Shown here: piece after piece, positions 57,078 to 64,000 of the stretch | Numbering within the stretch: position 1 is the stretch's first letter | Layout of the letters: every line of letters starts with the position of its first letter | Assembly (NCBI GenBank): GCA_903873485.1 | Contig: CAIQOO010000074.1 | Coordinates: 20,453 to 84,452 of the forward strand | Direction of reading: 5' to 3' | DNA from: an uncultured beta proteobacterium | GTDB lineage: Bacteria; Pseudomonadota; Gammaproteobacteria; Burkholderiales; Burkholderiaceae_C | Length of the DNA stretch: 64,000 nt | Notes under the pieces: model-generated | What the model saw: only the letters and a program-made list of their open reading frames with translations | What the model was told of the DNA's origin: nothing | Databases searched by the model: none | Position numbers and translations under genes: made by a program

Positions 57078-57605
57078 ATGAATTCCAATATGCTATATAT
57101 TACAGAGCAAGCTACGCATGATCTATGCGGGCTGATGGCCGATTTGCTGCTAAAGAAACACTGGCTGCTGGCAACTGCCGAAAGCTGTACCGGCGGGCTG
57201 ATCGCCGCCGCCTGCACCGACCAAGCCGGCTCCAGCGGCTGGTTTGAGCGCGGTTTTGTGACCTATTCGAATGCCGCCAAGACCGAGCTGCTCGGTGTCG
57301 ATGCCGCGCTGATCCGGCAGCAGGGTGCCGTCAGCGAGGCAGTGGCGCAGGCCATGGCCGCCGGTGCGCTGGCCCGTTCGCATGCCCAGGTGGCGCTGGC
57401 TGTCACCGGGGTGGCCGGCCCGACTGGCGGCAGTGCCGACAAGCCGGTCGGCACCGTCTGGTTTGGCTGGGCCACACCAGCCGGGGTGACCAGCGCGGTG
57501 CAGCACTTTGCCGGCAACCGCGCCGCCGTGCGCGCCGCCACGGTGCAGCATGCGCTGGCGCAGTTGCTGGGCCGGCTGCAAGCCGACCCGGTGGCTGGTG
57601 GCTGA
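57078..57605 (+). CDS. CinA C-terminal domain / NMN deamidase (PncC-like)
   Basis: [29 protein letters not shown]. Confidence 0.92.
   Translation: MNSNMLYITEQATHDLCGLMADLLLKKHWLLATAESCTGGLIAAACTDQAGSSGWFERGFVTYSNAAKTELLGVDAALIRQQGAVSEAVAQAMAAGALARSHAQVALAVTGVAGPTGGSADKPVGTVWFGWATPAGVTSAVQHFAGNRAAVRAATVQHALAQLLGRLQADPVAGG
57091..57146 (-). repeat. 56-bp dispersed element, copy 13 (encodes CinA N-terminus)
   Basis: reverse complement caaatcggccatcagcccgcatagatcatgcgtagcttgctctgtaatatatagca. Confidence 0.8.
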
Positions 57606-57631
57606 AATGCCAACAAGGGCTGGAACCTGAT

Positions 57632-58258
57632 TTGGCATCAATAGAGTGGGCATCAATTTTGGTCAACTTCTGGAGTGGCCTGGCCACCGGCCTGGCGCTG
57701 ATTGTGGCCATTGGCTCGCAAAACGCCTTTGTGCTGCGGCAGGGCATCTTGCGCGAACATGTGCTGGCGCTGGTGCTGTTTTGTGCGTTGTCGGATGCAC
57801 TGCTGATTGCCGCCGGCATTGCTGGTGCCGGTGTGCTGATTCGGGACAACCCGGCGCTGATGATGCTGACGCGCTATGGCGGTGCGCTGTTTTTGGCCAG
57901 TTATGCCGCCATGGCGGCCCGGCGCGCCTGGGCTGGCAGCCAGATGCAGATACGCCCCGCCACTGGCACCCCGCTGGCGGCGGCGCTGGCCGCGTGTTTT
58001 GGCTTTACTTTTTTGAACCCGCATGTCTATCTTGACACCGTGGTGCTGCTCGGCGCGATTGCCAACCAGCAGCCAGACCCCGGGCGCTGGCTGTTTGGCG
58101 CCGGCGCCTGTACCGGCAGTCTGCTATGGTTTTCGGCGCTGGGTTTTGGCGCCCGTTTTTTGGCGCCGCTGTTTCAGGCCAGCCAGGCCTGGCGCGTGCT
58201 TGACAGCCTGATTGCGCTGACCATGCTGACCATGGCGGTGGCGCTGCTGCGCACCTAA
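57632..58258 (+). CDS. LysE/ArgO family amino acid exporter
   Basis: LIVAIGSQNAFVLRQG, FLNPHVYLDT; start uncertain. Confidence 0.9.
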   Translation: MASIEWASILVNFWSGLATGLALIVAIGSQNAFVLRQGILREHVLALVLFCALSDALLIAAGIAGAGVLIRDNPALMMLTRYGGALFLASYAAMAARRAWAGSQMQIRPATGTPLAAALAACFGFTFLNPHVYLDTVVLLGAIANQQPDPGRWLFGAGACTGSLLWFSALGFGARFLAPLFQASQAWRVLDSLIALTMLTMAVALLRT

Positions 58259-58773
58259 ACCTCTGTACGCCCTTCGAAAAGACGGCTAATGGCCTGTCCG
58301 GGCAACCACAGTGTCAGCGGTGTATCAGGAAATTCTTCAAAGTTCATCTGGCTATAAAAATGATGAGCGCCTGCATTCTTGGCATCGACGATGACACCTG
58401 CCGAGCCTATTTCTTCTGAAAGACGATGGCAGCGGTACAGCGCATCCAGCAGCAGCAACTTGCCGATTCCCTTGCCCTGCTGGCTTTGGTCAACGGCTAA
58501 GCGGGCTAACCGCGCAACCGGTACCGGGTAATGTGGAAACCGCTTTTGCTGCTGCTGCGGCAACTGTTCCCGCCGGATGGCCGCCATGGCCAGGCTGTAG
58601 TAGCCCAGAATGGCGGCTCCCCTGGCTGCAACGTAGGTGCGGCTGATGTTCGACTCGCCGTGCTGACGGGCAAGTTGGCGCAAATAGTTGTCCAGTGCAG
58701 CCTCGCCACAGGCAAAGTTGCGGCGGTCATGATGTTTCGCCAGCGTCTCAATCTGACCATCAAAGGCCATCAT
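58255..58773 (-). CDS. GNAT acetyltransferase toxin (TacT/AtaT-like)
   Basis: HDRRNFACGEAALDNYL, YYSL, LARLAVD, QGKGIG, VDAKN. Confidence 0.9.
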   Translation of the reverse strand: MMAFDGQIETLAKHHDRRNFACGEAALDNYLRQLARQHGESNISRTYVAARGAAILGYYSLAMAAIRREQLPQQQQKRFPHYPVPVARLARLAVDQSQQGKGIGKLLLLDALYRCHRLSEEIGSAGVIVDAKNAGAHHFYSQMNFEEFPDTPLTLWLPGQAISRLFEGRTEV

Positions 58774-58780
58774 GGCATCA

Positions 58781-59077
58781 TCAATTGGCGGTGGTGCGTT
58801 GGGCACGCCAGGCCAAATAGTCCAGCGCAGCAGCTTCAAGTTTTGGTCTGGGCTTGTCGGCGTTGTCCAGCGCGGTAAAAAATGCAGCCCAATCCCGAGT
58901 TGAAAACGTCAGTGACTCGCTCTCAGCCAGAATCTGTTTGGCTCGATCCTGTGCACAAGCGATGAGAAAAGCGCTCAAAGAAACGCCAGCCGTTGTTGCC
59001 GCGCGCACGATCAGTTCCTTGATCTCAGGCGAGGTGCGCAGATCAATGCGCTCAAACGGTTGGGTCAGGGTAGCCAT
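58781..59077 (-). CDS. DUF1778 RHH antitoxin (TacA/AtaR-like)
   Basis: ERIDLRTSPEIKELIVRAA...SLSAFLI; directly upstream of the GNAT toxin. Confidence 0.9.
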   Translation of the reverse strand: MATLTQPFERIDLRTSPEIKELIVRAATTAGVSLSAFLIACAQDRAKQILAESESLTFSTRDWAAFFTALDNADKPRPKLEAAALDYLAWRAQRTTAN

Positions 59078-59194
59078 GCTTAGCTCCAGATTTGTTACGG
59101 AAAAAATACGGAATGATTGTAGGTGATCGGAGAATTTGTGGCATGCCCCGGATGTTGTGAAATCATGCGGGTGCCCACACGAATACAGGAGCCA

Positions 59195-59327
59195 GGCTCC
59201 AATGGCACTGACTTAAGCGCAATTGCTTGCCAAATTCCCCGTTCGCCCTGAGCTTGTCGAAGGGTCAAGAAGGCTTCGACAAGCTCAGCCCGAACAAAAA
59301 CCCCTTTGAGTCAGTGCCATTGGGGCC
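59195..59327. repeat. nested inverted repeats: 21-bp outer arms enclosing a REP-like hairpin
   Basis: Outer ggctccaatggcactgactta / tgagtcagtgccattggggcc (19/21); inner gttcgccctgagcttgtcgaag / cttcgacaagctcagcccgaac (20/22). Confidence 0.85.
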
Positions 59328-59350
59328 AAAGTCAAATTAAATCAAGGCTT

Positions 59351-59378
59351 TGGTTCGACAAGCTCACCATGAACGGGG
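59351..59378 (+). repeat. half REP-like element heading the tandem array
   Basis: tggttcgacaagctcaccatgaacgggg; inverted near-copy of 26481-26508. Confidence 0.75.
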
Positions 59379-59520
59379 TGTTTCACGTCAAAAACGGCGG
59401 TGTTTCACGTCAAAAACGGCGGTGTTTCACGTCAAAAACGGCGGTGTTTCACGTCAAAAACGGCGGTGTTTCACGTCAAAAACGGCGGTGTTTCACGTCA
59501 AAAACGGCGGTGTTTCACGT
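59377..59520 (+). repeat. perfect 22-bp tandem repeat, six full units plus 12 bp
   Basis: Unit GGTGTTTCACGTCAAAAACGGC starting at 59377, 59399, 59421, 59443, 59465, 59487, partial at 59509; no spacers. Confidence 0.97.
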
Positions 59521-59583
59521 TAATCTGGTGGCTGCGAAACCAGCCGACAATGTCACCGGTAAATGCTGCATAGCGACATTCGG

Positions 59584-59640
59584 TGACTATGATATATATA
59601 GCTTGCTACGCTTTATGGATAAGGGCTACAGCCATATTTT
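59584..59640 (-). repeat. 56-bp dispersed element, copy 14
   Basis: reverse complement aaaatatggctgtagcccttatccataaagcgtagcaagctatatatatcatagtca. Confidence 0.8.
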
Positions 59641-59810
59641 GCTTAAAAAATGTGGTTTCAGGCAGGCGGCCCGCAGGCCATTCGCCGCAGCATTTTGACA
59701 GCCGTTTTTTGGCTCCACTATTTCAAGCCGCCAGGCTTGGCGCGTGCTTGTCAGCTTGGTTGCGCTGAGCATGCGGACAATGGCGGCAGCGCTGCTGCGC
59801 AGTCAGCCAG

Positions 59811-61487
59811 ATGCCGACACATTTCCCGGAGACCCTGATGCCATCGCCCGACAATGTTTGTGCCAACCCGATCGTTCATTTGTTTCACGCCAGCCTGGTC
59901 TGGCCCCTGCAGCTTGAGCCGATGCCGCTGGCGGCGGCCAGCAAACGCCACTGGGAGGCGATTGAGAACTGCGGCGACACGCACCCCTGGCATCTGATCG
60001 ACGATGAGTTTACCGAAGACCCGCGCCAATTTCGTGAACGGCATTACCGGGAATTTGTGTCTTTTCTGCCCTATGTGCAGCGGTTTCTGTATGGCGAAGG
60101 CCGCACGGGCCAGGCTGGTGCCGACCCGCTGGCGGGCCGCTCGCCGATGCATGTGTTTCGGCGCAAGGACATCAGCGGCCTGCGCCTGACCCTGCGCCCT
60201 GGGCAAGTGCCGGTGGAACTGCACATTGTGCACATCGACCTTTACCTGTTTGACGACCTGGACCTGGTTCAGTTGAACCTGGAGGTGTGTGCCAGCCAAC
60301 TGCCGCTCGATACCGTGCGCGATATTCTGTTCAGATTTGGCCGGGCCTATCCGTCGGGCTGGGAAGCAGGTGGTGCCGGTCTGCACAACGTCCATCTGGC
60401 CGAGTGGCTTGGCAGCGATGGCCAGGTGCTGGCCCGCTCCGACACCGAGCATCGGCAGAAATACCTCGGTTTTGTCTGCCAGCATCGCAGCCCCTGCATC
60501 TCGGAACACTGGGCCAGCCTGCTGCGCCCGCTGGTGCTGGCCCATTCGGACGAGCCCGGCGACTTGCGTTATCGGCTGATTGAATACCACCGCATGCCGG
60601 TGATGGCCTTTCTGGCGCTGGAGCCGTCGGTGGCACTCAACGCCCACGACTGGCTGCGCATCGGAATGGCCAGCCTGTTGCACCCCGACGAGGCGGTTCC
60701 TGCCAATGACCCGACGGTGATCGAATTTGGCCAGCGCTATTGCCAGGACCAGTTTCGCACCGGCTTGCGCGCCGGCACCAACAGCCGCTTCATCTGTACC
60801 GGCAATTCCCTGACGGTGGTCGGCGACGCCAGCCAGCCATTTTTTTCAGACCCCGAGCGCGGCATGCTGGCGCAGTTCAGACACCAGTATTTTTTGATCT
60901 TTTTGATCGCGCATCTGCACCGCGCCGCGTTGCTGGTGTTTTCGGATGTGCTGGTGGGCGCAGTCAATGCCCTCAATATCCGCGACGACGAATCGGTGCG
61001 GCTGTTCAAGCGCCGGATCCGGGCCAATTTCGAGACCTTTTTGCGCTTCACGCACCGCTACTGGTTTCATGAGCTGTCGGAGCGACCGCACATGCAGGCA
61101 ACTTTTCGGATGTGCTCGGAGCACCTGCGCAACGATGGCCTGTATGACGAGGTGCGCGACGAAATCCGCGAAATGAGCCATTACCTTGACAGCGATTCAC
61201 AACGCCGCCAGTCCAACACCGTGGTGCGCCTGACCGTGCTGACCATTTTGGGCCTGATTGCCACCGTCACCACCGGCTATTTCGGCATGAACATCATCGC
61301 CTTTGGCGATGGTTCGGTGCTGGAGCGCGCGCTGCACGGTCTGCTGGCCGCGCTGGTGTTTGTCGCGCTGGTGATGTTTGCCGTGTCGCGCTCGAAACGC
61401 CTGTCGGATTTTCTGGAAGCCTTGTCCGATGAGCGGCTCAGCTTTGCCGGCAAATGGCGGACGTTCTGGCGGGTGCTGGGTGGCTAG
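59811..61487 (+). CDS. CorA-like (2-TM, GMN motif) protein with enlarged N-terminal soluble region
   Basis: C-terminal long helix, then TM1 ending GYFGMN and TM2; 558 aa. Confidence 0.7.
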   Translation: MPTHFPETLMPSPDNVCANPIVHLFHASLVWPLQLEPMPLAAASKRHWEAIENCGDTHPWHLIDDEFTEDPRQFRERHYREFVSFLPYVQRFLYGEGRTGQAGADPLAGRSPMHVFRRKDISGLRLTLRPGQVPVELHIVHIDLYLFDDLDLVQLNLEVCASQLPLDTVRDILFRFGRAYPSGWEAGGAGLHNVHLAEWLGSDGQVLARSDTEHRQKYLGFVCQHRSPCISEHWASLLRPLVLAHSDEPGDLRYRLIEYHRMPVMAFLALEPSVALNAHDWLRIGMASLLHPDEAVPANDPTVIEFGQRYCQDQFRTGLRAGTNSRFICTGNSLTVVGDASQPFFSDPERGMLAQFRHQYFLIFLIAHLHRAALLVFSDVLVGAVNALNIRDDESVRLFKRRIRANFETFLRFTHRYWFHELSERPHMQATFRMCSEHLRNDGLYDEVRDEIREMSHYLDSDSQRRQSNTVVRLTVLTILGLIATVTTGYFGMNIIAFGDGSVLERALHGLLAALVFVALVMFAVSRSKRLSDFLEALSDERLSFAGKWRTFWRVLGG

Positions 61488-61529
61488 CAGCCGGTGACCC
61501 TGGGCACCGGCAGCGGCTAAACTGGTTCC

Positions 61530-62624
61530 ATGCAACTCAACCCGGCCCAGCTATCCGCCCACCTGAAAAAGGGCCTGAAAAGCCTCTACACCTTGCATGG
61601 CGACGAGCCGCTGCTGATCCAGGAGGCACTCGATGCGATTCGCACGGCGGCGCGGGCGCAGGGTTTTACCGAGCGCACCTCGCACACCGTCAGCGGCACC
61701 CATTTTGACTGGAGCGAGGTGCTGGCGGCCTGCGGCAGCCTGAGCCTGTTTGCCGACAAGCAAATTGTCGAGCTGCGCATCCCCAGCGGCAAACCCGGCA
61801 AGGAGGGCAGCAGCGCCCTGCAACAACTGGTCGATCAAGCGCGCGGCAACCAGTCAACCCTGACGCTGGTGATGTTGCCGCGCCTGGACAAGCCAACCCG
61901 GGCCAGTGCCTGGTTTTCCGCGCTGGAGGGCGGCATCACGCTCGAAGTCAGCCCGGTCGAGCGTGCTGCGCTGCCGCCATGGATTGCCCAGCGCCTGGCG
62001 CTGCAAGGCCAGCGCGTGGCTGCCGGTGAAGAGGGCCAGCGCACATTGCAGTTTTTTGCCGACCGGGTTGAAGGCAACCTGCTGGCGGCGCACCAGGAAA
62101 TCCAGAAGCTCGCCTTGCTGCATCCGGCCGGTGAGCTGAGTTTTGAACAAATTGAGCGGGCCGTGCTGAACGTGGCGCGCTATGACGTGTTCAAGCTCAG
62201 CGAAGCAGTGCTGGCCGGGCAACTGGCGCGGGTGCAGCGCATGCTCGAAGGCTTGCAAGCCGAGGGCGAAGCTGCTGTGCTGGTGCACTACACCCTGGCA
62301 GAAGACATTCGCGCCCTCAAGCGCGTCAAAGATGCGATCCGGCGCGGCAGCCCGTTGCCGCTGGCGCTGCGCGAGCAACGGGTGTGGGGCCAGCGGGAGC
62401 GGCTGTTTGAGCGCGTGCTGCCGCGCCTCGACGATGCCACGCTGGCCCAGTTGCTGCACGGCGCGCACCAGGTTGATGGGGTGGTCAAGGGCCTGAAATC
62501 AGCCGACTGGCCAGACGATCCGTGGCAGGCGCTGGCCCGGCTGGGCTTGCAATTGTGTGCGCTGTGCGCCGCCCAAACCAACCCCGGCATCACCAGCCTG
62601 TCGGCATCTTGCCGCAAGCCATAA
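61530..62624 (+). CDS. holA: DNA polymerase III subunit delta
   Basis: LHGDEPLL, SLFA, VEGNLLAAHQE, NVARYDVFKL. Confidence 0.96.
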   Translation: MQLNPAQLSAHLKKGLKSLYTLHGDEPLLIQEALDAIRTAARAQGFTERTSHTVSGTHFDWSEVLAACGSLSLFADKQIVELRIPSGKPGKEGSSALQQLVDQARGNQSTLTLVMLPRLDKPTRASAWFSALEGGITLEVSPVERAALPPWIAQRLALQGQRVAAGEEGQRTLQFFADRVEGNLLAAHQEIQKLALLHPAGELSFEQIERAVLNVARYDVFKLSEAVLAGQLARVQRMLEGLQAEGEAAVLVHYTLAEDIRALKRVKDAIRRGSPLPLALREQRVWGQRERLFERVLPRLDDATLAQLLHGAHQVDGVVKGLKSADWPDDPWQALARLGLQLCALCAAQTNPGITSLSASCRKP

Positions 62625-62654
62625 AAAAAGCCGCATCCGGCCTGGATGCGGCTT
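62622..62654 (-). terminator. Rho-independent terminator for ggt (between convergent genes)
   Basis: AAGCCGCATCC-ggcct-GGATGCGGCTT stem preceded by an A-run (U-tract on the minus strand). Confidence 0.8.
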
Positions 62655-62674
62655 GACCGGCAGTGATTAGTCGT

Positions 62675-64000
62675 TCAGGGCTTGAAGCTGTCACCCAGCG
62701 CCAGGCCTTCGCGGCGCGGGTCGGCGCCGCCTTCGAGCACGCCGCTGCTGGTCTTGACGATGGTGCTGATGCCGCTGCTCTGGGCATTGACGCTGACCGT
62801 GTGGCCCAGCGCGCGCAGCCCGGTGACCAGCGCGTCGTTGCCACCGGCCAGCCCGCCGGCGGGTGTGCTGTTGTTGACATTCGGGTGCTCGCCGCCGACG
62901 TTGGTGGTGGCGCTGTTGGCGGCACCAAAGTCCACCAGCGAGGTGGCTTGCTGCGCATTGAGGCCCCAGTCAAGCACGCCGACCAGCGTTTTCACCACAT
63001 ACTGAATGATGGTGGCACCACCCGGCGAGCCGGTGCCCAGCAAAAAGTCGCCCATCGAGCCATCGGCATTCAGCTTGAACACCAGCGTTGGCGCCATCGA
63101 ACTGCGCGGGCGCTTGTTGGCCGCCACACTGTTGGCAATCGCGCCGCCGGCATCGGTGCTCAGCACCGAAAAGTCGGTCAACTGGTTGTTGAGCAAAAAG
63201 CCGTTGGTCATGCGAAACGAACCCATGCCACTCTCGATGGTGGTGGTCATCACCACCACGTTGCCCTGCTTGTCAACAATCGTCATGTGGGTGGTGCCCT
63301 TGCCCTCGGTGGCACTGCTGCCGACCGCCGGACTGGCAAACACGCCGGCGCTGGCGGTGCCCATGCTCTTGCTGAAATCAATCAGGTTGGCGCGGCTGCG
63401 CAGGTAGCTCTTGTCGAGCAGTGCAGCGGCGGAGCCGCCGGGCAGGGCGACAAAGTCGGTGTCGGCGATGTACTTGTTGCGGTCGGCATAGGCCAGCCGC
63501 TCGGCTTCGCTGACCAGATGCAAACCCATCACGGTCGGCTTGCCGCCATTGATGTCGAGGCTGGTGGGCTGGTAGCCTGTGAGGTAAAAGTTTTCCAGAA
63601 TGCCCAGCGCCTGGGCCACGGTGATGCCACCCGACGACGGTGCACCCATGCCGCAGACCCAGTAGCTGCGGTAGCTGGTGCATACCGGGTCGCGCTTTTT
63701 GGCCTGGTAATTGGCCAGGTCGCTCAGTTCGGTCAGGCCCGGGGTGATGGCAAAGCTGGGGCTGCCGCCGCTGGTCATTTTGATTTTGTTGACGATATTT
63801 TGGGCAATGGCACCGGTGTAGAGGGCGTTGGCGCCGCTGCTGGCGAGGGTGTTCAAGGTGGCGGCATAGGCCGGGTTTTTGATGATGCTGCCGAGTACCC
63901 GGGCAGAGCCATCGGCGTTGAGGAAATAGGCTGCCGCTTCCGGGTCGGTCTGCAGCAACACTTTGGCGCCGTCAATGGCTGCCGCCATGCGCCCGCTGAT
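62675..64000 (-). CDS. ggt: gamma-glutamyltransferase, 3' part (runs off window end)
   Basis: PSSGG, AYADR, GTTH nucleophile Thr, LNNQLTDF, RPRSSMAP, GSPGG, GADPRR. Confidence 0.95.
   Translation of the reverse strand: MSGRMAAAIDGAKVLLQTDPEAAAYFLNADGSARVLGSIIKNPAYAATLNTLASSGANALYTGAIAQNIVNKIKMTSGGSPSFAITPGLTELSDLANYQAKKRDPVCTSYRSYWVCGMGAPSSGGITVAQALGILENFYLTGYQPTSLDINGGKPTVMGLHLVSEAERLAYADRNKYIADTDFVALPGGSAAALLDKSYLRSRANLIDFSKSMGTASAGVFASPAVGSSATEGKGTTHMTIVDKQGNVVVMTTTIESGMGSFRMTNGFLLNNQLTDFSVLSTDAGGAIANSVAANKRPRSSMAPTLVFKLNADGSMGDFLLGTGSPGGATIIQYVVKTLVGVLDWGLNAQQATSLVDFGAANSATTNVGGEHPNVNNSTPAGGLAGGNDALVTGLRALGHTVSVNAQSSGISTIVKTSSGVLEGGADPRREGLALGDSFKP

Noticed and set aside
59377-59520. CRISPR array
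   Set aside because: Units are contiguous and identical with no unique spacers, and no cas genes are present.
59306-59698. 130-aa ORF and similar repeat-spanning ORFs
   Set aside because: Translation of the REP half and the 22-bp tandem array; periodic, no RBS, not a credible protein.

Overview
GC-rich betaproteobacterial chromosome segment; gene content and the repeat families suggest Comamonadaceae, Rhodoferax-like (inference). The housekeeping backbone is three porins, glmS, trxC, folB x2, ttcA, ruvB, kup, gshA, proA, purC, cca, slt, pgpA, holA and a partial ggt. Four genes handle c-di-GMP. Accessory material comprises three intact type II TA modules, two TA remnants, a mosaic single-chain type IIG restriction-modification gene with a duplicated 5' end, an in-frame AlgI/AlgJ deletion fusion and three DUF1640-like membrane-anchored coiled-coil genes (one a frameshifted pseudogene missed by the ORF track). 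The most notable items are three. (1) A translationally coupled five-gene operon: TPR protein, membrane-bound periplasmic-sensor Hpt/CheA-type kinase lacking CheW, CheX, CheY and a Cys-PAS diguanylate cyclase, with no chemoreceptor. (2) A ~56-bp dispersed element with 14 copies read by eye; it follows stop codons, brackets accessory cassettes and lies in frame inside six coding sequences. (3) A REP-like hairpin family whose tail resembles parS and has expanded into a 22-bp tandem array. No rRNA, tRNA, CRISPR array or intact transposase was seen. Product calls come from motif recognition only; no database searches were run.
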